A stretch of 63,942 nucleotides of DNA, filler included, from Lenisia limosa (GCA_001655205.1; 7 parts of 7 records of this genome joined end to end with filler, not necessarily neighbours in it), one strand, 5' to 3'. Shown: positions 38,501-53,985, counted from the first letter of the whole stretch. A program made the numbers and translations. Notes: generated by a model from the sequence alone, not told the origin.

Positions 38501-41397
38501 AAAACCAGTATTGATAAATATGTTGTTCTGAAGAGAAGATGGTATTTTTATTTTACAGGGTGCTCATCGCGCCACCGCCTCAGACCTGGCGTCCTCTCCT
38601 CTCACCACCCCCCCTCGAAAGCCCCAGACTGCCCAGTTATCTGTCTTATTCAATGCTTCAGTTGCTCAAACGTAAGCAGGTTGAGCTACTTCCACCGTTA
38701 TTCCTTTAGACCCACAATTCCGGCTGCTCAAAAAGACCTTGTCGATTACGTATCTGACAACAATATGGCTACAGCTTCCCCACGTGCTGCCACTTCAAAT
38801 TCATCAATTATTTCTCCATCAAAAAACTTCAACGTTAGTAGTGTTATTTTTTCTGCTGTTTGCCCCGGTACATAATGATTAGTGTTAACCCGGCGTAGTG
38901 TCCCCAGTCTACCCCGAGTGATGTGTTCAAAGGCGGTGCTGTCAGACAGCGGCTCTGGTCGCCAAGTATGTTTGAAGGTATTTGGTGACGGAATGTCTTT
39001 CAAAAAGCCGCTTAATTGCCCTAGTTTTGTACTCTGATATTGCAGGCAAAGTTGAGAGGGTTTCGGCGACTCCAGAGCTCTCCGAGAGCCAGCTGATAGA
39101 GTCCACGCAGTTCCCTGTTGACCATCCCATCAAGGCAAATCACGTGTCCATGGACGAAGTTCCTGAGGTTCCCACAAGACCATCAATACCATCCCTCCCT
39201 TCAACATCGCCATCTCGCTCACATTCATCACCAGCTCTGAACAAAGTGAGAGGATTATGTATTTCTTGGCTGTTTATTAGTACAAGAGAACTAAATAGTA
39301 TTCTATTTCCGCTGATTCAGCAGAAGAGTCCTGTTAACAAACTGCCAGCTAAGACGAGACGAAAGGTTGCTTTTTGCTTGTGACTACCACTCTTCTGTTA
39401 TTTGGCCGGATGGAGAGTTTAACATTTTAGTTCCCATCTTCAAGTGCCCTGGTGTCAGAAACAAAAACTCCAAAACCTTCCCCCAAAACCTCACCTAAGT
39501 CCACAACACCCCCCAAATCTGGCAAATCTGCCCGTTCAACTGGTCACAAAGCAATCCGCGCTACCCCTGACAAATCTGCTCCCAAACCAAGCAGGAAGAA
39601 AATTACCAAAGCGTTAAAGGTTGGAATTAAGTCCATAGCCTCATTAAATGTGGTTTTACTTTTTATATTTACTCCTTGGTCATTCAGCAGAAACCTGAGG
39701 AACCAAAAGAACCTAAAAACGAATCCAAAGAACTGAATCTATCATATCTGAAGATCAACCCAACTTCTGGTTAGCAATGGGGAGGGAGTATAATACCAAA
39801 TCTCTGTATATCATATAGTATATAGTATGTATAAACGCGAGCACTACCGAAAGCGCGAGAGGTTTTTGAAAATACTTTCAGATCAATAACTGAAGGTTCT
39901 AAAACAGTGAACTAATTTTGCTCAGGGAGAAAAACAATTCTTTAATGCGTGGTGGGGAGTGAATAACTTATGGATTTACGGGAATAATGTTGGCAATGGC
40001 ATACTTATCATTTGGTACCAAAAAAGGTCCAAACTCGAAAAATGTCGATATTTACCGAATTTTTTGGACCGTAGGGAAGCCCTACTTATGGTTTTCCAAA
40101 ACCACCGCGTTTTCGGTAGTGCTCGCGTTTTAGGGAGGTCATACATATATTTGACGATCACACAGACTTGTTCCTGTGACACTTTAGTGATTACGGCTTC
40201 TTCTCTGTCAAACTCTGATGATTTGGAGACGGTCATGGTACGCTCGGTTGAGCTTGGTCTCACTTTCTAGGGTCTTTGTACTTTAATGGGAGTCACATTT
40301 GAACCCAAGAACATCAATGCGGACACCTTAATGGTTTGAACCTCATAGCACATGTGCTTATATAGTATGATAATTATAACTGTAACATTCTAGTATTATC
40401 ATATAATTCTTATACTTACCTCACTTTCCAGATAGTGGTTCCTGGAGATACAATTCCCCCAGCTGGCCGGGTTTTAATTTGCTTGACAAGAGGAGTGCCT
40501 GTGGTGTCCCTAGACTGGGTCCATAAGTGCCTCAATGACAACAAGATTCCTCCAATTATCCCATTACTTCGTAAGCGTGTGGATATCTTTTTTGTGAAAA
40601 TGATTCCATCGCTCAGAATTGTCCTTTTGTTATATTATCTATTATAATATGCTTTTTTGGTTTCATTCTTTTAGATCCTATGCGACCTTGTCACAAATTA
40701 ATGCAGGACTACACCATCATTCTCAGAGGCTTTGCACAGAGTAGTGAGATGGGTGATAAAGATGTAATTGTAAACATAACCAGAAGCCCTTCACAGTCAA
40801 GTTGTATCCTTTCTTTACCCCACAGGACTCCAGCCGAGTTCCAACCGATTGGCGAGACGGCAGTCCGACTTTTTCTCAGCCTCACCGTCAGCATGCCCAA
40901 ACTTCCCATTTCTTCATAGTGAAGTACAAGGAGCCATCAGATCCACTGGCGGTCGGTTATCACTTACTGTCCCGAAAAAAGGTACGGTTGTAATATTTAT
41001 TGATTCATTTTGATCTGAGCGGAAGCCCAGCCTTCACTTCTTAGGAAATCGAACGACCATAGTGCTGGTTGGCCCTGAATGCAGCAAAGATGAGGCCCTT
41101 GCAATGGCATTCCAATATGGTAGGGCTACCTGCGTAACTACCGTTGAATCTTCAATCAATTTTTGCGATCTGAATAGAAATCATTTACCCCGCAGAAAAG
41201 AAATCCATTGTCACTGCAAACTGGCTTGTTGATTCGATTATGGGTGCTGAACCCCTCAGTCTTGCTGATTACAATGTGAGCTTTTATTAAGTGGCCTTGC
41301 TAATTATTCAGGCTTCAAAATAATAGTTTATGTTTCTGTCTATCTTTTTATCCGTCTAATGCACCTGTTTCCTATTGTTAGATGAAATCAGACTAAA
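35568..41397 (+). CDS. BRCA1/BARD1-like protein: N-terminal C3HC4 RING, long low-complexity linker, tandem BRCT
   Basis: MSLRQSISIQDFRNCLLELENLLVCPICQDILDDASTLQCNHQFCFDC...QCPICR. BRCT signatures RVLICLTRGVPVVSLDWVHKCL and SIVTANWLVDSIMGAEPLSLADY. Middle exons and the final exon are approximate. Confidence 0.8.
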
Positions 41398-41413
41398 TCA
41401 GCAAAACAACACC

Positions 41414-42562
41414 CTACTCAGTTTGTGAAACAACAAATTTGAGGACATCAGCCACCTTCCTTGATTCTATCACCCCACTGCTGGGTGCACGCATCTCGAC
41501 CAGCGATATAGCTTCCATTGCCTCTCCTTTTCAGTCAAGGACAAATGAAGAACACTCACCTCCTTCACTCTTGGCTGATACAACCCCCAGGTCATCAGAT
41601 GCTGTGGTCACAAAATAAGAACGTTTGTCACCCAAAGATGTGACACTGCAACGAACAACGTCGCCTGGACGGAAGCACTCCATCGTCACAATCTATTCCT
41701 CATTACTTTGCTTGTTTCTTCAATAATCTAACAGATAAAAACCAATCACTCTTTCTACGGCCAACAAACCTTATCAATTTCAGTACCCCGAATAGCTTCA
41801 CGCCTGATTTGGTTATTTACATAGGACAATAATAAATACTCTCAGAGACGATTTAGGTATCTCTTCCACACCCACTTGAGTTCACCATTGAAGGGTACAG
41901 CAAACACAGTGTCTTCTGTTCCAATAAGGTCAAGTCTCACTGACCTTGAGTCAATGTACTTGACCTGAAGAATAAGCTACATAGCCAATTGAAAAAAAAG
42001 TTGATATGTTTGTACAAGCATGGTGTTTGTAATGAACTAATCAAAAAGCCCCAGAAAGAAAGAAAAATCGAGGAATCGAAATTGCATGGCTCCAGCAAGC
42101 CTCAAGCATATAAAACGATATTAATGCTGGTGCAATACCCAGTGATTCGCCAAGCAAGTTTCCGGCTTGGCTGACCTTTCCAAGCAGGATTTTGTTGATA
42201 TGTGGCACAACTGTTCTTCCCTTGGCCTCGACGATAATCTTCTCAATCTAGAGAAGTTAAGAAAAAAGCAAACATGTGACATCCGTAACCTGTTGTGTTC
42301 AGGAGATACTTAATATTCATCTTCCTCAGCATTGAATCCTTAACTGCTTCAAAGTCTACCACACCCACAATGGCATTATGAGACTCGTCCTTCAAGATGC
42401 CAACCACCCCAGCGTAGAGGCAGCCTTCCCTCTCAAACACCCCCTGTCCTGCAATAACAGTCTCTGATGCCTCACTAAGGAGTCAGTTTCATTGGAAGGA
42501 ATAATATTAAATACGGTAAAGCCAGACCAAATTAAGTCGCCAGGAAGAAGAATCGTTGCCAT
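41414..42562 (-). CDS. CSL4: Exosome complex subunit CSL4 (EXOSC1)
   Basis: MATILLPGDLICE..IAGQGVFEREGCLYAGVVG, REAIRGTEIDKIVTMECFRPGDVVRCSVTSLGDKRSYFVTTASDDLGVVSAKS, GEAMEAIS..ESRKVA; ends in TAG. Confidence 0.92.
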
Positions 42563-43011
42563 TCTCAAGATTGACCTGGGCAGAGGGGCAGGTTAGGTTC
42601 GCACTTCTTCAAAATTAATAAAGCTCACACAAGCACACACCACACGGCGGTCACAATGAGGAATTATATTGAAAGAAAGCTATCGATCTGTTCTGGTTGG
42701 ATAGGAGATGTGTTTGTTTATTTATTCAATCAGGGAGTGAAAGATCGCTGAGATCACACTGATATCTCACCAGCGCCCCTTGGGCTCTGAGGCGGCAATC
42801 TCGCAATCTCGCAAAAAACAGCTAAACCGCGTTAAGCAGTGTTAGAAAATTAATTACTTAAAAACTCTATTTGCCGCCGTATTTGAAGACTCTTCCATTC
42901 TAGAGAGCTGACACGCAGCTTCTTTTGACTGTTTTTGGCTCTAACTGCCAGATCTGATTATAATGAACAATTATGATGATAAAAAATAGATAAATAGCAC
43001 ATAGTTGGCAG

Positions 43012-43679
43012 ATGGAAACAAGCAGCTCATCAAGAAGGTCCTCTCGATGGAATCAAGGCAGTTTGGCCACTCCCCATTCGGCTTCTTCTGTGGATGGTAG
43101 TTACAGCAACAATTACTATCCACACAGAAGCCAGCGAGCACATTCAGCAACCTATTCCACTCGTGACGGTACCAGTTCTGGACGAAGACCGCGGACCCGA
43201 AGTGAACGAAGCTATGGAAGAAGGAAGAATTCATCATACTCACGGGAGGGGCAGCAACATGACCTTACTATCTTCACGTAAGCGGATTATTTCAATGCAA
43301 TTGATCATCATATAAGAATTATGTCGTCGCTCATTGATTGAGAATAAGAGTCAGTACATGTTTAAGTTTTTATCTCCCCTATTAATTCAAGTACCTCTTA
43401 GTCTGCTCGCTTTTTGTAAATGTGTTATTTTGGCATAATGCTTACTACGATGCAGGTCATTCTATTCCTAACCAAGATTCATTGTGCCCATTACTTAATT
43501 GATCACTTCGTACAGGGTCATTATTCTGTTCTCGTTCGTGGTCCTCATCCCAGCCGCTCTTTCGCTGTTCATCTTCGTAACCCAGTATTTTGTGCTGTGG
43601 TACCTTCTTCTCGCCCAACTGCTTCTATCATTCTGGTGGATCCTAAGAGAATTGAAAATTTCAAAGCAACACGCCCCAC

Positions 43680-43720
<41 letters not shown>

Positions 43721-46459
43721 NNNNNNNNNNNNNNNNNNNNNNNNNNNNNNNNNNNNNNNNNNNNNNNNNNNNNNNNNNNNNNNNNNNNNNNNNNNNNNNN
43801 NGAACAGCATCAGAACGAAGCTTTCGAAGTGATCACAACACCCGCCCGGATCTTACTCTGCATGCCACTCTTTCGCGCAACAATAGTGGACAGGTATGGC
43901 CTCAATTTGACTCCACGCGTTAACCCTCCAGGTGGCCGGGTCTGAGTTGTCTCATTCAGTATCATCAAGCTCCGTACCCAATTTCAATGCAATTGTTGCA
44001 CCAGGTTTGCGGGGCTTTCTTTTATTATCAAAATTTACTTTGTAACCCGTCAGCTGCTGCGGCCGTACCCCCGGTTGTTGTTACCAAAACTGCAACACCA
44101 CCTGCCACCCCCCCTGCCTCCTCTCCCACGACCCCAAGAATAGGTATGTTGACATTTCTCCCGGTTTTATTGAAGCTTCGTTGTAATTGTTTGAATTTGT
44201 TGAAAAAGTGAGTCTTTTTTTGTAACCGTTGACTTCGCCCAAAGTCGCACCACCAGTGGCACCTGCTACTCCGGGGTCGGCCGTGAACTTCGCAAATATG
44301 GACAGCATTCTCGATGTTGTGCATGATGGTGGGTAGGGTTGTAGTTTAGATTTCTTTGTGCCGATTCAGCGACCTTTCTGTAATTCTTTCAGGGTATTTC
44401 AATGCAGAAGAAAGAGAGTTTCAGCTTGAGCACCCGAGTCAGGTATTAGGGCGTTGGTTTTCCTTGTACCTTCCGTCTTTTTTTTTAAGTTGCTTGCTTC
44501 ATTACACTCACCGAGTAGTTGGCACCGACTGCGGTTCGGTCCAAAACTCGTTGGAAACTTGGGGAGAAGGTAGGAAACTCAATAAATATCTTAGTATTAC
44601 GTCATAATCTGTTGTATATTTGATTTGATTGATTTTTTTTATTTTATTTTTTAAAAAAACAGTTGAGGGGCACATATATTTTTTCCTTTGCCATCTTTTC
44701 TGATGACTACTTCATATTATAAGTTGGCAGCCTGATAAATTCTTTTATAGTATTCAATGGATCGACACACTCTCAGTCTTTTCCATAAGGAGGTAATTTG
44801 TTTAGATCGGGCAGGGCGCCTTTGGTGTTGTGTTTACAGGCCTGAACGAGGACACCGGAGAACTAATGGCTGTGAAGCAGATCACTATCAAAACAAATGA
44901 GAATATGGTAGGACCATCTGGCCATCTTAACATTTCTCACCACCCAGATTGCCGAGCTTGAAAAGGAAGTCGAGCTCATGACCAGTCTTCACCATGCCAA
45001 TATTGTGCAATATCTTGGAACCTCTCGTGATACTAAGTTTCTCAACATTTTCTTGGAGTATGTATCAGGAGGTAGGTAGAGGGGGAAGGCTCTTCAAGTG
45101 GTTCTATTTTCATCAATAAGTCTCTCTCCTTGGTTTCACTGTTTAGGTTCGATTATGTCTCTTCTCTCCAAATTTGGCGGTAAATTCAATGAACAGGTAG
45201 TTGCCCCGCCAAGATGTAAAATGATTTCACATCCCCAGGTTGCTTCGAGATACACTCGACAGATTCTTATGGGGCTGCAGTATCTCCATCGACATCAGAT
45301 CATTCATCGAGATATCAAGGGTGGGCTGTTTTTAGGATTTTGCTGTGTGATCACTATTTGTTTTACTTTTGTTGTGACACAGGTAGCTGATAATGATCAT
45401 TACTCATTTCTCCATAGNNNNNNNNNNNNNNNNNNNNNNNNNNNNNNNNNNNNNNNNNNNNNNNNNNNNNNNNNNNNNNNNNNNNNNNNNNNNNNNNNNN
45501 NNNNNNNNNNNNNNNNNNNNNNNNNNNNNNNNNNNNNNNNNNNNNNNNNNNNNNNNNNNNNNNNNNNNNNNNATTTCGGTGCTGCAAAGCGTTTAGGAGA
45601 CCTCATCACTCCGGACCAGAACGGTATAGCTGCGCTTGGTTTTTCTTCTTACATTTCAAGGACCCGCCGCCCGTGGACCCCCCACTGTCCCTCTTGTTGG
45701 CACCCTTTGCTTCATGGCACCCGAGGTACACAGGATTCTTTGTGCTTTATTTCTAAACAGGAGGCTTTTATTTCAACATCATGTCATTCTGCAGATTTTT
45801 GAGTTTACTCCCCCAGGTTGCAAGGCAAACGGGACACTATGGCCGTCAAGCCGATATCTGGTCACTTGGATGTACGGTCCTCCAGATGCTGACCGGTGCC
45901 CCTCCCTACGCCGGTTTGCTGACAGCATTTTTTAACAAGTCTGATCTCTAAGATCTCGAACCCGTCCCTGCCCTCTACCGAATTTGCGCTTCCGGAGAGC
46001 CGCCACCACTACCCAGTGATATTTCTGCCAACTGCATGGGTTTCCTTCTTGCTTGTTTTCAACGGTCAGTCCGCTGTCTTATTCATGCCTCTGAGGATGT
46101 GTCTTATCGGTTTTCTACCTGTTGGTATTATGTGATATTTGATGTACAAACATATCATATCATATACTAGTAAAAATAGCTAACACTATAATATATAATT
46201 ATATCTTCGATTACATTTATATTCTGCTTTATTTTTTCATTACCTCTTACCTTTGATCCAGGGATCCGAAAGAGCGGCCAACTGCTACTACTCTTCTGAG
46301 GCACCCTTGGGTTACTCCGCCGTAAGCTTTTTCTTCGCAAGGATTTTATTTCGTTTACATTCTAATGTCTTGTTATTTGTTCTCTTTTTTTGATTGTTAA
46401 TTTTTTTTAGTCGAAACAACTCTAATCGCCGAAACCAGTCAAGTGCTTCGGACTACTGA
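43012..46459 (+). CDS. STE11/MEKK-family MAP kinase kinase kinase
   Basis: [118 protein letters not shown]. Confidence 0.93.
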
Positions 46460-46697
46460 TTTTACAATTCTGCCGTCAATCTTTTGCTGTTTTGCACTGT
46501 GTGGTGCGTGTTTCTATGTTAGTTTCTTATATTTGCATTCTTTGTTTTATTGCAGGCTTTTTAGCCTTAGTTACATTCATAATATACAATAGCCTTATTT
46601 TCACAATGAGAAAAATGTGAGGACATAATATTGTATGATGGAAACAGTAAACAGTAAAAGAGAAACGCGAAACAGAAAGAGCATACACTGTCAATGA

Positions 46698-48268
46698 CTA
46701 AGGATGGTGTTTGATGAATTTACCATTGGAGTATTCTCTGAAAGCGTTTTGTAGCTCAGCCTCGGTTGTCATGACAAAGGGGCCATGCTTCGCCACCTTG
46801 ACAATAAGAATAACGAGGTATTCCTAAGGGACAGCGGGAATTATGCTGAAATGATTTCACATCATGAGCTTTCTCACCTTTTCCACAATATCACTTTTCT
46901 CTAGTATATTTTGTATATTATACAGTTCTGATCAATTCATTCATGATGATATTGTACATTTCAGGTCAGAGAAGGGAAATACAATTACACGAGGAGCCTA
47001 CAGGTTCATCCAGCGGTGCACCAGCAAGAACAAGCAAATCCGCCTCCTCCACTCCAGCAATCTCCAGTGTGTCCCCTTTGGTCAAAACTATTTGGTTAAG
47101 AAAAATGTCATTTTTAGTGCACTTCAATATTCTGATGCAAAGATTCCATGCTTACTTGCTGCTTCTTCTTGCTCAACAAGTTTGCCCCCGATGGACACAA
47201 CTCCCTGAAGCTCACTCACCAAATCACCAAATGAGGCATACCTTGGCAACAAATGCAAAGCAGGTGTGATTTGGTGGAATTGAGGCAGAAAGAACATCAT
47301 TTGCCTTCAAATGCACCTGAAGCGTAAAACAAATAGAAGCATCTCACAGGACTCACATCGAACAAGGTAGGCTCGGAGACGATTTCTGTTATAGGTCCTG
47401 TGACCCCTCCAAATGCCCCCGAAACTACTCGAGCAGTGCTACCCTCACCAAACTACGGGATAAGCTTGTTCCAATCAACCGAATCCTGTTATTTACCTGG
47501 ACCGAGGGAATATCAGAAGAAGCAACATCCTAAACGGTTAGAAGGAGTAGTCCTTGTTCATATTCCCCATACTTGGTAGCGAGGTTTGCACATTTTGTGC
47601 TTTTTAGGGAGGTTTACCCAAATTTGGTAACCTTCAAATGGACCCTCATACTAAAGTCATGAATAAACGAATCATAACAAATACAATAATATTCCACTAA
47701 CGTCTTTACCAGGCATTTCACTGTGAATAATCCCGGAACCGGCTGTCATCCACTGTACATCACCTGGCTTGAGAACTCCCTAAAGAGTGACAAATAATTA
47801 GGATGTTCAGCGTTTTATTAAAGGTCTCACATGATTTCCCATCGAATCTTTGTGCTCGAAGACTCCCTGGACAATTTCAGAAGAATATCATATTTTTGAT
47901 TGAAAAGCCCTCATACTTCTTTGACGATAGTGACCGTTTCAAAACCTCGATGAGGGTGGTCAGGAAAACCAGGCATATGCTTAGTCTAACAAGTAAAAAA
48001 TAAGACACCGATAGTTGCAAATCCACCTTAACTCCCCCCACCCAACCAACATTTTTTGAACTAATGTGGTCCAACATGAGAAAAGGGTCAAGCTGGTCAT
48101 CAAGCTTCTTCATTCCAACTGCTCTCATCAGCGCCACACCAGCTCCATCGCTGACCTGCTTTGATGAGTAAAGAAACAACAGAATTTGGCTACATACACA
48201 CATAACAAAAAATCTAAACCACTTACAGGAACAGCATTATTTATTCTCAAGATTGAACGGAGAGACAT
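46698..48268 (-). CDS. PIR: Pirin family protein
   Basis: [80 protein letters not shown]; ends in TAG. Confidence 0.95.
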
Positions 48269-48891
48269 TTGTCGGTTTACACAGATTTTCCAACCGGGTA
48301 ATAGGGTAATAGCGATTGATATGAAAATATGTGAATACAATATACAACACTATATTTTAAAATGTAAAACTTAAAAGATGCTTTTAAGATGCCATGCAGG
48401 TGAAGAGCGCATAAAAGAGCAACTTGCCAAAAAGACGACAAAGTTGTTAACAGGTTATTTAAGTATTAATTAGTATTTACCCTGGCAATATATGTATTAT
48501 TATAGTATGTATTTATTTTAATGTAATTATTCAATATATTATAAGATATTGATATTGACTGGATGAATTCGACCCCACATGGCGGCCGGGTGGTGGGCCT
48601 CCCTGCCCCCACCTTCGTAGTACCAGAGTTTATATTGTCTATATCCATTTCCATTTCCAACTGGGTTAAAATGTATTCTACTACCCCATGCCAAATGTGC
48701 CTACCTGCCTGGGCCCCTCCCCCTCCCCAGCCCCCTAACAACCTCATCATAACCTCCTAATTACCTCAATGCCCTAAAAACAACCTGTCAAATTAACAAT
48801 TTAACAGCCTTAACAAGGCCTGACACCAGTTTCAGCACAAATTGCCAAAACACTTTTCATTAGGGGTTTTCGTAAATAATAACAGAGACAA

Positions 48892-50351
<1,460 letters not shown>

Positions 50352-50451
50352 NNNNNNNNNNNNNNNNNNNNNNNNNNNNNNNNNNNNNNNNNNNNTTAAT
50401 TAATTAANNNNNNNNNNNNNNNNNNNNNNNNNNNNNNNNNNNNNNNNNNNN

Positions 50452-52710
50452 GTTGTATACCGACTGGTGACCGCGGGGACTGTGGAGGAGTGTGTATATC
50501 GCAAGCAGGTGGGGGAAGGGGCTGGAGGAGTTTTTACAACTATAAATAATCACAAAATAGTCTAATGATAATTATATCAATTGAATAATAATAATCTGTG
50601 GAACACACAGTTTCATACTCATTTTTAGGTCTTCAAACAAGGCCTTAGTAAGGTGTCAGAAGAGGCAAAGTTGCAATATAGGTTTGCTTCCGTGGGGCTT
50701 CTCCTATATGTTTGATGAAAATATTGATATTTCTCATGCGATTATCTCGGGGAAAATATTTCCCAGGAATTTACCTAAGGAAACAGCTTTATCCAGAAAA
50801 TTCACTGTATTTTTTCAGGAAAACTACTGGAAAAGTAGGAAAATCCCGACTCAAGTGTTTTCCAATCGAATTCCCCCTCGTTTTTTTGCTCGTACTGGGT
50901 GTAAAAAAATCAGAATACCACTCCCAGAAAAAAAAACTCGGGGTTTTCTTATAAGAAAAATCGCTATTTCTCAGGAATATATATATCATATATATGATAT
51001 ATGATATATTATATATATAGCTATATATATTTATAATATCTTGGGAAAATATCGATATTTCCCACGAGTTTATTGAGAGACCCAGTCTTTATCATTTATT
51101 CATTCTCCAAACAACAATTTACAAAGTTAATACACAATTTTCACTTCCTGCACCCCCCCCCCCCAGGTACTTTACGTCTTCGGAGCTTCGGAGCNNNNNN
51201 NNNNNNNNNNNNNNNNNNNNNNNNNNNNNNNNNNNNNNNNNNNNNNNNNNNNNCGTGACCACTCCACAACTCAGTCCCAGCTTCTGGCCCTCCATGGGTC
51301 CGTGCACGATTCGTTGTGTCTGACCCAGGGTGGGGGAGGGGCTGAATTCACGGATTTATGTCACCTAAATAGAAGAAGTGAACTCAATGATGGTGTAATT
51401 GAAGGTCTCTGCTTTTGAATGTTTGTACTTTCAATTCAAGGAAGAGTTTTTTTTATTATTTTTTAATTATGATCATTATTATTCTATACTTCCGGGTAAT
51501 TGATTTATGGAGATTAAGTGTCAAAATTTGAAGACAGATTCCCCCCCCCCCCTCTGATGAGTACCTTCAGACCAATATTTCATACTGATTTTACCTTCGT
51601 TTGTATATCACATTCTCCAGGGGGGCTCGAGTGTCAAGAAGATCTTCGCTCGCATTTAGACGATGTTTCCGCCTTTGGTGGGGGCTGGGCTACTGCTGGG
51701 TTTTTATTTACACCTCTTATTAGCGTGATGTCGGACTAATAATACTTGCTTAATTTCATATCTCTACATATAATATCTCTTATAAGCGAGGCTGTATATA
51801 CTATATCTTTTACCAGTTTAGAATCCTGTCTCGGCCTGTCATACCACAACTCGCTGTTCACGCAAGACAATACGTCGCCGCCATCCACGCCACAAATCAA
51901 GGATCGCGCATCGAGGACTGCTGGTATGAGGGAAGGGAGATATTAACGTTATCATGACAAAACACATTTGTTTATTGTTGCAAATTCCGTAAAAGACCAT
52001 ATTACTCTTCAAATCTTAGAATATACTAGTATATCATATATGATATACAATATGATATATATGTGTGTGTGTCTGCGTGTGTTTATATGCCGATTGGTGT
52101 AGTCCTTGTTTATATCCCAAAAATTTGATTGCTGTTAACAAAAGCCTCATACCCGAAGGTGAACTGGTCTCTCAATCTGACCGGACCCAAATCCACGCCC
52201 CCCGCCGCGCCCCCGCCGATGTCGAGCCGACTAAACGCACATCACGCACGCCGCTGTCCCCGCCGCCAATCCGAACGCTTCCTGCGGACCATGTAGGCTT
52301 GCTATTAAGGTCCAGTCTGAGTAGTATAATTGCACTCGAAATACAAGGATCAGATGGGTCTGGGAGCTGCAGACAAGGGCTGTTTTGTAGTATTTTTGAG
52401 AGGAGAATTTTGAAGTGTGACATCTTTTAACGAGAACTCCATTTCAGACCCTTTATTTTCAAATTTTATCAAAATAAATGTTTCAATACATTATTGCACG
52501 CAATCCTTATTCTCTTCAATCTTATGATTTAATCTCATATATTTTTCAGCCAGCAAACGTAATATTCAGCCAAAACACTTCTTCATTCAAAATGTAAACC
52601 TAACTTGGGATATCCTCATCAGGCCATGCCTCCCCTCGATCCAGCCTCACCGTTCGTCACATCACCCTATCACTCCGCCCCCGCCAGTGGTCTTCAAACC
52701 CCAAAAGGTG
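50452..52710 (+). CDS. SNF2 helicase, ERCC6L/PICH-like, C-terminal fragment
   Basis: Exons VVYRLVTAGTVEECVYRKQ, VFKQGLSKV, RYFTSSELRS, DHSTTQSQLLALHG and LRSHLDDVSAFG parallel the recalled PICH pattern VYRLIT.GTVEEKIYRRQVFK..RYFS..EL..LF..S.TQ.QL..LH. Confidence 0.7.
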
Positions 52711-53179
52711 TGCTCCCATACTATGCTATTTATTTGACATTCGGGCTTCCACTTGCTTTACTTACTTCCATTTTAAGAACTTCGTTTTACCTGGTTTAAC
52801 CAGAAAATGTTGAAAATAAATTGAATTAAATACTTGGTCTAATTAAGTCCGCGGAAGTGGGGAGATAGAAGGGGCAGATTTATGATAAAGCGGCTGTTGT
52901 AGTCAGCCAATACTTGCAAGTTATGGTATGGACGTATTTTTATGTTTTTTTTTGTGGCTTTTCATGTTGTCAGTGCATTTTTTAATTTTTTTGTAAAAAA
53001 CAAATGCAAAAATAATCAAAAAAGTATATATATTATTAAACCTCGATTGTTTCCCCACTATCCTTGTTCATTTCACAAATAATTCCACACCTATTTAATA
53101 TATAAGTAAAAACTGTATGGCTGGTCTTATTTGTGAAAAAAGTTGTTCTGTTTGCCTTACTGATCCGAACAAGTTGGAC

Positions 53180-53985
53180 AGTAACACAAAAAAAAAAAGA
53201 ACAAAAAATGTATTTATATAAAAAACAACATTCAGTAAAAAGAAAAGAAAAAAGAAAACCAAAATATACAAAATAGGCGATGTGTGGCGGCGGCATGATG
53301 AGTAAAAACAACGATATCTTGGCGGGCGGCGGGGGCAAAAAACAATAAGGAGACCTTGGCAATGTGGATCTGGGCACTAAAAATACAAACCGTTTTAAAA
53401 AAATGTTTGGAAGAACAAGAAATGTATTAAAAAAAACATATTCAGTACAGTTAAAAAACAAGAAATACAGGGGGTACAAATATACTACATAAAAGCTTCT
53501 GCTGAGGCGGTTGGGGGGCGAGATGATCAACTGATCGACAAATTAGGCGGCAGTGGCGGCAAGGGCGAAAGGCATGACGAGATATTTGGCGGGCATGGGG
53601 GATCTAGGTACAAATAAGTGCAAACCTTTTTCGGGTTTCAGCTATTTCATGGAATAGGGATGGTATTCTAAATCGAATAGGTGACGGCGGTTTAACAAAT
53701 TTTGAATTTTGAAAGGGCAAAAAATGTATTTATCGAAAAACATTCAGTAAAAACATTTTGAAAAGACAAAAATAGAATATATTGAAAAAAGAAAAACACA
53801 AAAACACATAAACTACCAGTTAATGGAGCAAGAAGTCAGAGAAAAAGAGGGAAAACAACATAATTAGTTGGCGGCGGGAATGTTGGCAAGAAAACTGGGG
53901 GTACACTAAACCCTACGAGGTGCTTACATTTGAAAGAACAAACAATGTATTAAAAACAGATTCAGTAACAAACATTTGAAAGAAC
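53180..53985. repeat. Degenerate tandem array (about 220-290 bp units)
   Basis: aaa(a)atgtatt(t)a..aaaaa..a(c/t)attcagta recurs near 53205, 53420, 53720 and 53940, alternating with GGCGG-rich blocks. Confidence 0.6.

Noticed and set aside
32237-48268. Genome-wide stop-codon reassignment
   Set aside because: Conserved C-termini end in TAA (HSP90 MEDVD), TAG (CSL4, pirin, SEC23) and TGA (DIM1, probably MAPKKK), and conserved exons have no internal stops.
50690-51070. Possible MITE in the PICH-like intron (gggaaaatat-rich)
   Set aside because: It is repetitive and weakly similar to 29160-29200, but TIRs and a TSD could not be defined.
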